From positions 3,840,001 to 3,904,000 of the forward strand of contig CP086569.2 of the NCBI GenBank assembly GCA_009914755.4: a stretch of DNA of 64,000 nt, read 5' to 3'. Of the stretch, positions 14,561 to 30,008 are shown piece by piece; position 1 is the stretch's first letter, and every line of letters starts with the position of its first letter. Made by a program: the position numbers and the translations under genes. The notes beneath the pieces were generated by a model that made no database searches, was not told where the DNA came from, and saw nothing but the letters and a program-made list of their open reading frames with translations. Source of the stretch: the human T2T-CHM13v2.0 reference genome, Homo sapiens.

Positions 14561-16267
14561 GAAATGAGCACCTTTTATTTATTCTTAACAGAAACTTAAA
14601 TATGTCATAACACAGATATATTTGCTGTACCCTAAGAATTAACTTTTCATTGTATTGATAAATACGTGTAACTTTGGTTCATACAGACATGTTTGTTCAG
14701 TTTGGTCAACTTATTGGCCAATGGAAAGCATGATGTTTAGATATTGTTACAGTTGTAATGTCAATTTAAACATGATAAAAATTCATAATTAATAATTTCT
14801 CTATTTCACAGAAAAGAAAATAAGAAATTAAATATTTACAAACACCAAGTATTTCTAGACACTATCCTTTACATATATTGTCCAATATAAGCTTCAAAGC
14901 AAACTTACCATGGTTTTTTATTTTTTATTTTCCTGCTTTCTCATAGGAGGAAATTAGAGGACAGAGTAATTAAATAACATTTCCATTATGATACAAACTG
15001 ACTCCACCATCCATGTTCTTCACAATTTATCTCACTGACTCCTATTCACTGTAGGCAGGACCACTGTGAATTTTGAAAGCTTCTTTCTCAAAACAAATTA
15101 CACTTTTATGTGTCATTTTCAAATGTTTTTTCTTTATCATTTTAGAGAAAAGAAACTGCATAATTAATATTATGCTGCTGTGTTTCTGTGTAGTTTCCAG
15201 AAATTATCTACTACTACCATCTCTTTACTTGCAAATCAGTCCTCTTTCTCTGTAATTTCTCCCTTTATTTTAAGACATTGAAATGTTTAAGACATAGAAG
15301 AATTAAAAATGTAGAAACATTTAAGAAATGGAAAGGCAAGGAAGCCTCAAATTTTGTTATGTTTATCTTTATTATGAGCAATTTCCACATATAAGGTTTC
15401 TAATAAACATTATTTTTACTTTTCTCAATGACTTAAAATTTATCTACATTAAATCTATCATATTTTACATTTGTCCTTCAGTGCAGGAAATATTAATATA
15501 ATTTTAATAGGGTTGATAAAATAATATTAACACCATAAAACAATCCAACCAAAAAACATAGAAGCCACATTATTTTTATTTGATCATTATACCAGCTTAT
15601 TAAAAAAATCAGAGAAGAATAGGCATTATGTGATATTTCAAGGTGAACAGGCTTGATTAATATCAGAGAAGGAATGCCATTCCAAGTATCTTAATCTTAT
15701 ATTTTGTGCTCTTATTAAAATGCCATTTTCTAAAAAAGTTTCCTATTTTGTATATTCTTGGGGAATGAAAAACAGAGAAAAAGAACAACGCTTTAAAGGA
15801 AAATAAAGTACAAATTATAATAAAGTTTGAAGATAAAATAAACATTCTATAATTAACCTAATAATTATGGTGAACCAGAGTAAAATCCACATATACCACC
15901 CAGACTAAGGAAGTTTTGATCTAATTTAGGCATCTTTTTAAATTCATTCCTTACATAGTGAGAACCCATTTAGACCATTGGCTGGAACTGATGAAACCAC
16001 ATTTATTACCACTACGGATTTCTCATGCCTGCTTATCTTGGCCCATGTTCTCCATTCTGTACCGGGTGGAAAAAAAAAAATTCTTTATTAGTTTATTCAC
16101 TGCTGATAATGGTTGAACTCTTGCCCTGGCCCTGAAAAGAAGTGCAATGTGTTCCAACTATCTTATTATTTAGCATCCACAGCAGCCATTGTGTAGCCTG
16201 GATCCAAAACTACACTTCATATGACGCATGCAATAGAAGTAGCTAGAAAACTTTTATTCCAGTGATA

Positions 16268-16510
16268 ATTATAGCTAACATTTTATATTGAGTAATTATT
16301 GTATGCAAGGCATTATTTTAAGTGCCTCATAAAAACATAATTACATTTAATCCTTACAACAATTCCGGGAGGTAGGTATTATTATCCTCCATTTACTAAT
16401 GAAAAATCTGAGACCTAAAATGATTGAAAACCTAGTAAATGGTAGAACCATAGTTCAATCCTAGATTTTTTGACTCTAGAGATTTAGCTTTTAGCCATTA
16501 TGCTACATCA
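16268..16510 (-). mobile_element. MIR SINE fragment
   Basis: Matches the MIR core in antisense: ccttacaacaattccgggaggtaggtattattatcctccatttactaatgaaaaatctgagacc. Confidence 0.55.
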
Positions 16511-17944
16511 TCTCCTTTTTAAGTTAATTCAGTATAAAGTGGGACATACCATATTTATAACTTTCATGGGACTAGGTAAACAAAGTGTTCCAGGGTCTTG
16601 TTCTTCAAAAGGTTACACTGAATATAGTGAAAATTCTGATATTAGGTGAGAAAAAAACAAGGCATTAATCAAAACATTAGTCAAAACTATATGTATTTGA
16701 AAGATTTTTTACAGTGGTTGCTTGGAATACCAACAATAGGAGCAAAGTATAAAAATCCAAATAGCTCTTTCTGTGTATCAGTATAATTTCATTTGTATTC
16801 ATTTTTCAATCTTGCAAAGATTGTGGAAACAGGAAATGACAGTCATGTAAGTGGTGAACATATTCAAATACTGGAAACAACATTAAAAATTCAACTGAGT
16901 AAACTAAAAATTTCATGCTAACATTGTAATTTTTACGGAGGATATCCTCATAATATATATTTCTCTATTATTTAATTTTTAAAGACTTAATAAGTTAATT
17001 GAGATGTGTACTTTTCCACAAAAGTATTATAATTGTTTCTATGATTTAACTGTTATTTTATTAAGTATAATTGTTTTGGTTTTGTAAAATTATGTAATTT
17101 TGTGTATTATGAACTTTAAACAACAAATTTAATTTCATACAAAGCTTTCATAATATTCTATAGTTCAAGCTGCAATTCTATGTTACAACGTTACTCTAAA
17201 AAAAATTCAAGCATCCACTTAGAATTCTGATAGTTGATTTTGAATTCTGCAGGATTGTTTTAATGTAAGAGAGTTACCAGAGGTAAGAAAATAAAGTCAT
17301 TGTTATATGAGCCATGAAAAAAGACTAGATAATACCAAATATAAATTGTTAGGTAGAATAAAGTGCAGGAGCCTCCAGGGATAATTTGTTAATAATTAAA
17401 AATACATACCTTTAGGATAAGACTAAAAAATCTGAGCCTATCTAAAAAAGAAAACAATCAGAATATTACAGAATATTAAAAAATAATATTATGACATATT
17501 AAATGGATACTAAACATTAAAATTCCCAAAAGAAAATAATAATATCAGATTTTATAGTTCATAATGTAGTAAGTACCTAAAGCATGTTTACATTTATGCA
17601 AATTTGTGACATATGTGTATATAAGCTTGTATGTCTATATATGTATTTAACCATTACTTTATAATCATTCCTTATATTCCCCCAAATTGAAAAATAAATA
17701 AATAATAGAATAAACATATTACTTAGAAATATTAAAAAATACCACAAAAGTCTTAGAACAATTGAGTATGGTTGAATCTAGGGAGAAGAATTTCAAGGTC
17801 AGAAGGGATTGAGCCAAGCAACTGCTAATTCTCATTATAAGGTTTGTAGAATTTGCTTTATGTTCAAATTTTGTACATGTATAACTTTAAAAGAACAAAA
17901 AGATCAAATTTAAAATATAACTTTCTTTTTTCTCTAGATAACTA

Positions 17945-20935
17945 ATTAGAGGCTTTCAGCATGCCTTAGCCACTTGGAGATAGCAAGATAGTGCATAAAG
18001 ATGAACTCTTCTTTGAGAAGAAAAAAATTGGAATCCACTAGAATCATAAAGGACACCACAGATCCCAAGAAGAACGCTTGTAAACAGCCCCTGTGATGGT
18101 ATCTGTCTGATACAAGTGAGTGAAGCCCCAGTATGTGAGAGAGGGAGAGAGCCTCCCTCGGTGACTCACCTTTTCCCTGGACATTTGAGCAACCAAGGCT
18201 GAAGGAGAGCACTTTGTTTCTCCCAAGCCCTGGCAGCAACTTCAGGATAGGCTTGGAGATACTGTGAGGAAAAGATACCAGGAAAAGCTTCAGGTATTTT
18301 CTCAAACATGGGACTGAGAGCAGGATGCCACTTTTAATCAAGGTGCATAGTCAGCCATTCTTTGGTGACTCACAAACATGGCCATGCAGGCATTTCAGTC
18401 TCAGGCCAAACACTGGAGTTCTCTCTCTGGAGTGGGGTAAGGGCCTCCTTAGCCAGAGCTATGGAAAGCAGCAGTAGATGCTGGGATTATGCTCTCCCCA
18501 GTCACAATCCTGGGGCAGGAGGAGAGCTGCTACAGCTGCAGTTTCTCCTGGATGGCAAGGACTGCAGTCAGGGCCAGCTTGGTGACCTAGAACTGGTCCA
18601 TATGTGCTATTGCTGGGTGCCCCAGCCTGCACTCCTGACATCTTGTGTAGCAAGGCCCTCTTTGCTCCAACTCCAGACAGAAATCTAGGCATTTGGAGCA
18701 TCCTCTTGTCTGGTTCAGCAGCCAAGTGGCATCCTGCTCTTAGTCCTTACTCTTTCTGAACATAGATTGTGGAGCAGCAAGGACCTGTCTGCTCCACTAC
18801 CAAAGCAGATATTCAGGTATTTGGAACATCAGTCAGCTGGATGAGCAGCCTGAACTTCCCCACCCTTCCTGTGCAGAGATCCTTGTGCAGGTGGGGGTTG
18901 TGGGAGTGGAGCTCACTTTTACAAGCTCAGGCAGATTTCCAGGAATTCAGAGCACCTGCTAGTCTGGTTCAGCAGCCTGAGTTGCCCCACCTCTCCTGTG
19001 CAGACATCTTGGTGCAGGGGACCCACTCTACTTCAAGCCAAGGAAGACTTCTCGGCATCTGAAGAACACACTCTCCTGTATTAGGAGATTACGCCACCTC
19101 TCATTAATGTGCAGAGATTTTGGGGCTGAAGAGGTTCTTCAGCTCCATGCCTAGGCACATCTCTGAGTGCTTGGTGGTGACCCATGGGATTTTCTGTCAC
19201 TGAAAGTGCTTGTGGCTGCCATCATGGGACCTGAAGGCAGAACTGCCCAGTCTGGCCCCATTTATCACTGTCCACAACAATGCAGGGTTCTGCAGAGGGC
19301 TCAGTTCACTAAATATTCTAGTAATCAGCTAATTGCCTGAGGCAACAGAGAGCTTCTGCCAGTAAAAAATAATGTATACAGAACTGCGTTGGCTGCAGCC
19401 ATCTCTTACCCCTATAAGTACTCTCTGCTGGCTTGTACATTGAACTGCACAGACCAATATAAAACCTGCCAAAAGAAGTGCATGGGTCTATAGAGGCAAA
19501 GCCAAAGGACACTACCCAGCATTCTCTACAGTTGTACCCCTAGGGAGGGGAGAAAAGGGAATGGGAAAAATATTGTTATAGGGGAAGAAATAAAAAGAAA
19601 AAAATCCTACCAGCATTAAAATAATTAGAAAAATTTAATGTGCCACCATCTCCAGATGAGAAGGAACCAGCACAAAAATTCTAACACCGTAAAAAATCTG
19701 AATGTGATGACACCATCAAAGGATCACACTAGCTCTCTAGCAATGGAATCTAACAAAAAGGGAAATTCACAAATTACAGATAAATAATTCAAAGCATGGA
19801 TTACAAGAAAGTTCAATGAGATCCAAGACAAGGTTAAAAATCAACACAAACTTCTAAAGCAATCCATGAAATGAAGAAAGAGATAGACATCTTAAAAATC
19901 AATCAGAGCTTCTGGAATAGAAAAATCCTCTCCTAAGAATTTAAAATGCAATTGAAAGCTTTATCAATAATCTAGAAAGAACAAAAGAAAGAATTTCAGA
20001 GCTGGATGACTGGTCCTTCAAGTTAACCCAGTTACACGGAAATAAAGAAAAAAGAATTTTAAGAAATAAAAATTTCTTCAAGAAATACAGGATTATATAA
20101 AGTGACCAAACCTATGAATTAATGGCATTCCTGAGAGAAGGGAAAAAAAGCAAACCACCTGGAAAACATATTTGAGGAAATAATTCAAGCAAATCCCTCT
20201 AATCTTGCTAGAGAGGCAGACATCCAAATAAAAAAGAAATCCAGAGAACACCTGTGAGATACTATAAAAATGAACATGGCCAAGGCACATATTTACCAGA
20301 CTGTCCAAAATAAATGCTACGGAAAAAATATTAAGGCCAACTAAAGAAAAAGATCAGATCATGTACAAAGGCATCTCCATCAGGTTACATGTGAAGTTCT
20401 CAGCAGAAATCTTATAAGCCAGGAGAGACTGGGGATCTATTTCTAGCAATATTCAAGTAAAGAAATTCCTACGAAGAATTTAATATCCCAGCAAACTAAG
20501 CTTCAAAAATGAAGGAGAAATAAAATCTTTTCAGATAAACAAGTTCTAAGGGAATTTATTACCCCTAGGCCAACATTAGAAGAGATTATTAAGGGATTTC
20601 TAAATATGGAAATGAAAGAATGATGCCTGTGACCACAATAACACATTTAAGTACATAGCCCACAGACCCTCTAAAGCAACCACACAATAGAAACTACAAA
20701 GAAATCAGCTAACTACTTTACGATAGGATCAAAACCTCACATATCAATATTAACCTTGAATGCAAATGGTCTAAATAGCCAACTTCAAAAGCATAGAGGG
20801 GCAAGTTGAATTAAAAAAAAAAAAAAAACAAGACCAATCCAACTGCTGTCTTCAAGAGACCAATCTCACACAAAACAACATTCATAGGCTCAAAGTATGT
20901 TACAACTCAAATATAATGTAATGGTCTCCTTTATA
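17945..20935 (+). mobile_element. LINE-1 5' portion: GC-rich 5'UTR with tandem repeats, ORF1, and the first ~100 codons of ORF2. The rest is deleted.
   Basis: 19700-20750 translates with frameshifts to L1 ORF1 (...RDLWD..KRSNIRI.GVPE...IQIQEAQR.P.RINPK...). 20750-20930 matches the ORF2 EN N-terminus (HISILTLN.NGLNSQL.KHR...). Confidence 0.8.
18590..19080 (+). repeat. ~125-135 bp tandem repeat, about 3.5 copies, inside the L1 5'UTR
   Basis: Repeated units carry the shared motif cagcctga(a/g)(c/t)t(t/g)ccccacc...cctgtgcaga...cttg(g)tgcagg... Confidence 0.6.
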
Positions 20936-21039
20936 CTTTAACCTGGCTTAAATAGAAGTGTGTCTTAATTATATTATTGTCTATATTTTTGGTATGCCTG
21001 AATTATATCATAATAACATAATAAAATATAAGTATATAA

Positions 21040-21338
<299 letters not shown>

Positions 21339-21354
21339 TATAAGTGTACTTTTT

Positions 21355-21520
21355 AAATTTAAATTTTATAATTAAAAGTGTAATTTTATAATGTAAATAT
21401 AATGCAATAATTTAAATATTATAATTTGATAATTTAATATTGTAATTTAATAATTTAATATTATAATTTAACAATTTAAATATTATAATGCAAATATAAT
21501 GTAATAAAATATAAGTAAGG
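21355..21520. repeat. AT-rich low-complexity imperfect tandem repeat
   Basis: Iterated aatttaa(t/c)attataat / gtaaatataatgcaat units. Confidence 0.6.
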
Positions 21521-22702
21521 ATTAAAAAATAATAGCATAGACTGCATGGTGCAGAATATAACTTCATGATACCTGGAGATCTGTAAGATTATAGACTCCC
21601 ATCCTGAACCTGGCTCATAGCTTAATAAGAACAGCAGAATTCCTAATATTCCTGTGTGTAAAACATATCCAATCTCCTAGGCTCCTTAAATTAAAGAAAG
21701 GCCTCAGTTGTCATTTTTATTATGTTAGAGGTTCCTTTACATGTCTTATGTTTGTATAAGAAAAGAAAATCTTATTGGGATTTGCTGCTTGTATGAATAT
21801 TGCAAAAGTGATTAACGTAAACAATATGTATATTGGAATTATGAAATTTCATGAAGAGAAGAAACATTTAGCTAAAATTTTATCTGTTCAAGTTAAATCC
21901 TGTTAGGAAATTAACTACTTTATGGTTCTGAACCAATATTTAAATTAGTATTTTTTTTTTAAGCTTACAGCCATAAATTTAGAGTGAGTCGAGTCTGGGT
22001 GGTTTGAGCTTTTTTCTGTTTATCTGCTCATATATGTAGGCATAAATTAGAGGGAAAGATGGCTTTAATCACAGTTGGGGCGTTTCCAGGAAAATATGTT
22101 GGCAAGAGAGAGTGTGTGTGATTTACACATGTACATGAATCACATTAAAATATTTGATTGTTTTAATGTAGGAAACATCAAGTTCAAATCTGTGTAACTT
22201 TTACTGCGGTGAAATAAAGTTCTGACATAAAACATAAAATGCTAATGTTTCATACATAGATTTCCTCATTAGATTTATTATATGAAAATTTGAATATGGG
22301 CAGCGATGCACTGAAAAATAAAATGAAATGTGTGTTACAGTTTAATTTAGAGGTCTCCATATTGTAATCAGCTTAATGCCCTGGGACAACTACTAAAAAT
22401 ACAGTTTTGATTTATGTTTTAGTAATATAAATGTTTAAGATCATATATGCACTATTCTTTCTTAAGAATTTGTTTTGTTCTTTCTGCACACACACAACAT
22501 CATAATGACAATGACTTTCTGATGTGTACACATATCTAAAGTTATTCCAAAGTTAACTTCAGGTTGTTGACAGATTGCTTCTCTTGGGTTCTTTGGGGAC
22601 TGGATTGAAGCTTGGCTTTTGAGAAGGGAGACTTTCATACTTAAGAATGCATTTTTTAGACTATCTCACAAGGAATCAAGACTGTTTTTTGAAGAACCAT
22701 AT

Positions 22703-23060
22703 TTTTGTTTTTAACTTTTAAGTTCAGGGATATGTGTGCCGAATGTGCAGATTTGTTACATAGGTAAATGTATGTCATGGGGTTTGTTGTACAGGGTATT
22801 TCATCACCCAGGTATCGAGTCTGGTATCCATTAGTTATTTTTCCTGATCCTATCCCTCCTCCCACCTTCCACCCTCCGATAGGCCCCAGTGTGTGTTGTT
22901 CCCCTCTATGTGTCTGTGAGTTCTCATCATTTAGCTCCCAGTTATGAGAGAGAACATGTGGTATTTGGTTTTCTGTTCCTGTGTTAGTTGTTAAGGATAA
23001 TGTTAAGGATAATGGCCTGACGTTCCTTCCATGTCCTGCAAAGGAAATGACCTCAAGGAA
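22703..23060 (-). mobile_element. LINE-1 3'-end fragment, antisense
   Basis: ttttaagttcagggatatgtgtgccgaatgtgcagatttgttacataggtaaatgtatgtcatgg...ctcccagttatgagagagaacatgtggtatttggttttctgttcc. Confidence 0.85.
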
Positions 23061-26000
23061 CCACATGTTTAAAATGTATTTAACATCTCTGGGTTAGTGG
23101 TTTCCCTAAATGGATGTGAATTCCTTTCATTGAGTAAATAATGGTTGAAGTCCCAGATACTCTCTTAGGACTCCAGGATACAACAGCAAGCAAGACAGTT
23201 TATGTCTGTGCTTATTACAGAGTTTACGTTCCGGCAGCTTTGGCCATAAAAAAGTTTCCTTCCCCATATGTAAAAGAATATTTGCTGGAATAATAATAAT
23301 AACACATAGGCTCAAAAACATGGTTAGATGCCATAAAATATTTTTTATTTGAATTCTGTTTATTGGACTGGCTGCTCAGAGACACTTCTTAATGCCTTCA
23401 TTTCAATATACAGACACAGTTTTCCAAATGAATACATACTCTATGCCAGGCATTGTGCCAGGTAATTCACACATATTATCTCACTTAAGTCTTGCAAAAA
23501 ACCAGAGGAAATAAAAAATTATTTCAATTTTTTTAGACAGGAAAAATGACAGTAAGAAAAGTGAGATAATAATCAAATTTAATTACTTTAGTTGTTAGTG
23601 GTCACATTGGGCTACAAATCAAGGTTAATTCCACTTCACAACCCTAATACACTCTACCACCCTGCAGCACTGCAGGAAAGCCCTTATAACACATCATATA
23701 CAGTATTTCCCCCTTACCTACAGGGGATATGTTCCAAGAACCCCTGATGGATGCCTGAAACAGCAGATAGCATCAAAGCCTGTTACACTGTTTTATTTAT
23801 ATGATAACCAAGGCTGCTATTAAGTGACTAATGGGCTCTAGCATAGCCACCATGGATATGTTGGACAAAGAAATAATCTCTGGGCATGAGAGAGTGAAAC
23901 AGCATCAATGTTATCATGCTACTCAGAATGGCATGACAATTTTAACTTATGAATTGTTTATGGAATTTTGCATTTTGTATTTTTGGACCACAGTTGATGG
24001 CAGATAGCTGAATCTATGGAAAGCAAAACCATGGATAAGGGGGAAGTGTAGTATTGCCTGTGGATTATATCAGTATTTTTGTTGTATTTCTGGTCTAAAT
24101 ATTGTAGTGTATTTTAAAAGAAAAATCCAAGCCTTGTTTGAAGAATAACACACATTTTAGTAGCTGGTAGAGTTACTAACAAAGTATTTGTGAAATCACT
24201 AGGGAATCTTAGTGGTTGTACTCTTACAGTGTTCTGAACAATGTTAAAGCCACTCTGCGTTGTCCTTGTAGGGGCTCTTGTGGGCTGACTAAATTGTCTT
24301 CTTGAGATTCTCTCCCAAGGTATAAAAATTATCCCTATTGGTTTCCAAACACCACCACTGATCATGTTTTACTCACTGTGGAATGAGACCAAACCCAGTA
24401 AATATGCTTGCTAAGGAAGTTTAGGCTTTGGTATCATTTAGAAAAAAAGTTGCACTTGCGCAAAATCAAAAACTTAGAGACAAAGGCCAATCCATGTAAT
24501 AACTTTATTATTACACGAAGCTTTATTCTTCTCCAAAGCCCTATTGAAACACTTTGTAGTTTCAGAGTTCATGAGAACTCTGAGTGTGTTGTAGGGGTGG
24601 CAGGACTTTGTAGTCCAAGCACAAAACAGGAATTACTATGGCTAGGGTTGAAACAAGTTGGAGCTCACTATGTGTTAGCCCTTCTTTTGCCTCCTGGTTT
24701 TCTTGGCTAGATGCTGAACCTACTCCAGTCTCACATCCATCTTTTCTCTAATATGTATCCATCCCAGAGAGAAATAGATTATTTTGGAAAGCTTGCCAAA
24801 AAGCCACTCAGCTCAAAGACATTTATTTCATTTGTGGGGGACTGATTATCTCTCCTATTTCTTATCGAACTTAACTTCCTCTTATGCTCTGTGACACATA
24901 CACAGAAATCCTATAGTATATTTTCATTAACATCATGTTTTCTGAATTCGACTTAATGTTTTCAATTTAGTTCCAACTTTTACAGGTTCTTCACAGCCTG
25001 CCAACTTTCTTTCCTAATACACTTCTCTCTATCTGGAATGCCCATAATTTTTCCAACTCTCTTGAACAACTCACAATATTTTAGTTATCTTTTAAGGTGT
25101 AGCTAAAATCAGTTTCTTTATTGAAATCCTCCTTTGCCCTTCCATCAAGAATAAAAGCTCTTTTCTCCTGAACTACTGTTTCAATTTAATTTTTCACGCT
25201 ATGACATTAATATTGTTCTACCTTGTTATTATTTCAGTACATTTTTTGTTGTGTCTCTTAATTACAAACATGGATCTGAATGTCAGGAACCAGCCTGATT
25301 CATCATTATATTCTTATTGCACTCAACACAGGATTTTGTACACTTTCTAAGTGTTCAAAAATATTGGTTGAATTTCTACATTCTCAATTTCACTGAGTAC
25401 CTCTCAACTCTACTTAATTCACCATTCTCTACTCTGCAAACTCTGCTGCCTACTCTTACACCTTTGACCTAAGTGAGATCTAGACTGCTATGTCTCCTAG
25501 TGGGGCTTCCTCTAACCACAAAGAACTTGAATTAAAACAAGTACCTAGCACAAATTGCAAGGGCTCTTTGCTATAGCAGCACATTGATTTGCTATAGCAT
25601 CACATTGATACTGAGACCTGAAGATGTTCAAGTGGTTTGGCCAAGGCTGAGAATAGACATAGGTATCCAGACAAAATCCACCCATGGCACTTTCTCCCCC
25701 AACATTTCTGTCAGTGTTGAATCAGATTATCTGCCTGGAATTCTTTTCTATGTTATTTTCATTTAAATTTTAAAAAAGAAGCTATGGTGTATAAAAGAAA
25801 GCCCTTAAGGCCATAAATAGTTAAGCTATCTACACAAAACTAGTAATTTTATGAAGTAACATGAAGACTATGACATTTTTGATTTAATATTTTAAATGTT
25901 TTCAGAAAAACTGAGGAAACAGACTAACGTGGGGCCACATGATCAAGAGATAATAGAACACTGTTTTGTGAAACACAATCGGAGCATGGGTTGTTGGATT

Positions 26001-26549
26001 CCAACCTTATAGTTGATAACGCACCACACCTGTTGCATTATTATTTGTCTAGTGAAAATAGAACGATTCACTGTAACTGCTTTATAAAGATCTTATAAAT
26101 AATTATTTACTTTCAGCTCACTGAGAGCAAAATTATATGAAAATATGTGATGGTCTGTCAAAGGTTTAAGTGATATGAGAAGGGATCTGCAGAGATTATG
26201 TATCATTGGGATGCATTTTCTTTTGTAGAAACAAGAAAAACTTATAAATATATTTATCACTTTTCCATACTCCTATCACTTGTAATTAATTTTTTATCAT
26301 AAAGAAAGAACTAGATGAAAATCATTGAATATAATTTAAAAGGACTCCAAAAAAAGAGACCAAAGAGGAGAAATATAATTACTTTTCTTGAAAAGAAATT
26401 TACCATTTATATTCTAGTACAAGCCAGGGGAAGATGCCTAAATTTTATGTTCTGGAGGGAAAAAGTGTGCCTTCCATTTTTTCACTAACTTAACAGGAAT
26501 ACAAGAACATTAATGTGTTTATATTTGTAAAACACTTGGAATTTTCATT

Positions 26550-26772
26550 TTTTTAAAATTGTATTATTATTTTACTTAAAGTTTTAGGGTACATGTGCAC
26601 AACGTGCAGGTTTGTTACATGTGTATACATGTGCCATGTTGGTGTGCTGCACCCATTAACTCGTCATTTAGCATTAGGTATATCTCCTAATGTTATCCCT
26701 CCCCACTCCCCCCACCCCACAATAGTCCCCAGTGTGTGATGTTCCCTTTCCTGTGTCCATGTGTTCTCATTT
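26550..26772 (-). mobile_element. Short LINE-1 (L1PA-like) 3'-terminal fragment, antisense
   Basis: ttaaagttttagggtacatgtgcacaacgtgcaggtttgttacatgtgtatacatgtgccatgttggtgtgctgcacccattaactcgtcatttagcattaggtatatctcc... Confidence 0.9.
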
Positions 26773-28280
26773 TAAACATGCTGAAAGTGGAAAGTACAAT
26801 TATCTTGTTAGGAACTATTTGAAATATTTCTGTTTAACACAACAGATAAAACAAGCAAATCCATCTGAGAGTAAGTATATGTAATGTTTCAAAATGCATA
26901 TGTTTTCTGTGTGGTTTCTAAGCAGCACTCCACTTACCTTGATTTAGTGGTGAGTATTGCTGTTGCTACTGTTTTTGCTAGTTCAGTCACTCAGATGATG
27001 TAAGACTGCCATCACAAAATTAAAATTTCTCTCACCTATCAAGTACAAGATACTGTAGTTCATTTTACATTAATCATAGAAGTTGTGAACAAATTTTTTG
27101 AGGAGGATTTGTGTAACAACTTACATATTCTTTACTGTTAAAGTAAGATAAGCATATATTTTTTCAATGTCAAATCTGAAGGATAAGTGTAATTTATTGA
27201 TTTTTATCTGTCTTAATTCTCTTATGCATTTATTTTGTATCAATATATCCATGTAAGTAGAGTTTATGCGTTTCTACTTATCACAATATAAGATATAAAC
27301 TTAGATAACACATTCATTTTATTAATGCATGATATACCTAAGAGCCTTTTCTAATTTATTCTTCTCTATTGTTCTCTCTCCTTCTTTGTCTCTGTCACAT
27401 CTTCTCACACATACACGCACATGCATACATATAACTTCAATTTCTATTCCACTAGTGTAATGGAAATGCACTTCTAGAGAGAATCTCTAGAGAGCATGAT
27501 TGGATAACCTCAATTCAATAGGGTCACTGAAAAAAATAGTAGTTTGTAACTAAACAGTCTTAATTGTTTTCAGAAATATTTCAAAAATATAGCAAGTGAG
27601 TTAAGACAATGGTTTTAGATCAACTTCTTAGATTTCAGTTCATTGTAGTGAAATTGATCTTTAAAATGGTATAAATATTATTAACAATTGCTTCTCTGGT
27701 TATATGAATAGATACACCTATAGAGAAACAATGGGTTTGAACTATTATGAGAGTGTGGGTATCTACTATGAAAGGGTTTTCAGGCAATAATGAAAATATC
27801 TAAACCTTTAAATAAGGACAATGAAAGGGTTTTCTATGCTACATATTAAAATAAAGGCTTTAACACACTTGACATAAGCTCTTTCCATTCTTTAAAGGAC
27901 ATTATGCAAAACTAATAATATTATTGTTGTGTCAAATGTCTTATTGGTAAAAAAAAAACTGAGATTATTGTATTTTAACACTGTGTTCTGCAAAACTGTT
28001 TTCTTACTAATCGTTCTACAACTTCGGATAGTCCCTCCTATTATTACCACATAAAGGAAAATTTAGTAATTTGTGAGAAGAAAATATAAAAAGTAATAGT
28101 TCTGTCATTGCTTAAAACAGTGTTTTTTCTAAAAAAAAAATGTGTTTAGTTTCATGGTCTCAACAGGCAAGCATGTTTTGCATGCAAATAGCATGTGGTT
28201 ATGGAGAGTTACTATGACGGATAATGTCTTATGTTGCCTCGACATCTGTGGACTAATAGAGTGACTCTGCAATAAGTGAG

Positions 28281-28692
28281 TGTATTAGGCCATTCTTGTA
28301 TTTCTACAAAGAAATAACTGAGACTGGGTAATTCATAAAGAAAAAGGGCTTAATTGACTCAAGGTTCTGCAGGCTGTACAGGAAGCATGGCACCACACAT
28401 CTGCTTGGCTTCTGATGAGGCCTCAGGAAGTTTACATTCATGGCAGAAGGTGAAGCGGGAGCAGGCACATCACATGGTCAGAGCAGGAGTGAGACAGAGA
28501 GAGAGGGAGAAAGAGAGTAGGGTGGTGTCACACACTTTTAAACAACCAGCTCTCTGAAGAACTCACTCACTGTCCTGAAGTCAGCGCCAAGACTTGAGCG
28601 ATCCACCCACCTCCCACCAGACCCCATCGCCAGCACCGGGGATTACAATTCAACATGACATTTGGGCAGGAACAAATATCCAAACTATATCA
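28281..28692 (-). mobile_element. THE1-type MaLR (ERVL-MaLR) solo LTR
   Basis: Reverse complement of the THE1 consensus: starts tgtattaggccattcttgta..., ends ...gggcaggaacaaatatccaaactatatca. Flanking 5-mers gtgag / gtaag are a plausible TSD. Confidence 0.8.
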
Positions 28693-29404
28693 GTAAGGTT
28701 GTTGATAAAATGTAACCAATCTGAGTTTTTCATTTAAGTTTCAAGCTGACTTTGGGGACTCTGTGGAGGGTTAGAAAGAAAGAATAATTAAAAATAAAAG
28801 AAAGAATAATTAAAAATAAAGTACACTCTAGTTCTGGTGGCAATTAACAAAAATGATTTTGAAAAGGCAATTAAGACAACACTAATTTTAAGACACAGTA
28901 GTTCTCAGTTTCACTGGAAGTTGTAATGTTAAAAAAAAGAAAAAGCTGACATGCCTAAAAATGGGGAATCTGCCAATGACCATAAAATTAAAATAAAAAC
29001 ACACTACAAAGGTATGTTTTAAGTAATGACATTTACATTATACTTATTGTTAATGTAATGCTTCACAATGATAAAAAAAAATCTGTACCCTTCTGTTAAC
29101 TTCACTTAGAGACATATTTTATTGGTTAGAGGACAAAAAATGACATGGATTGAAAATTAAAGATAAATAAACTGAGTTCTTGATCTTTACATTGTAGATG
29201 CTTCCCACATATTTATTAAATGAGTGAATAAGGAATATTCAGGTGTTTTCCATTCAACGCCTCTAAAAATATTTCATTTTTTAATTTTCATGTGGTTAAT
29301 CCAGTGATATAAGCTTAGTGATCAATGTTCACGCTTTTGGAAAGCAGTATTTGAGAGTAAAATGTACATGAATCAAAAAATTGGACCTCTTTCTTTTTTC
29401 CTGA

Positions 29405-29741
<337 letters not shown>

Positions 29742-29990
29742 TTAGTTACTAAATTATCATTCTTATTTCTATTCCTACTTCCTCTCCTTTTCACTGAATT
29801 TTTAAAAAGCTTACCTTTCCCTATGCTACTGAATTCATTTGTACTGTACTATACAACCTCTCACACTGTATTTTATTTTTTTCTTGTTATCTTATTTTCT
29901 TTTCTACCAAATTGTTGCCTCAGGCAGGATCTGTGACATTTTCACCTGCATCTTGGTTACTTGGTACATAGATGCATGAAGTGACAGATG

Positions 29991-30008
29991 ATATATATAT
30001 ATATATAT
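29991..30008. repeat. (AT)n microsatellite
   Basis: atatatatatatatatat. Confidence 0.9.
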
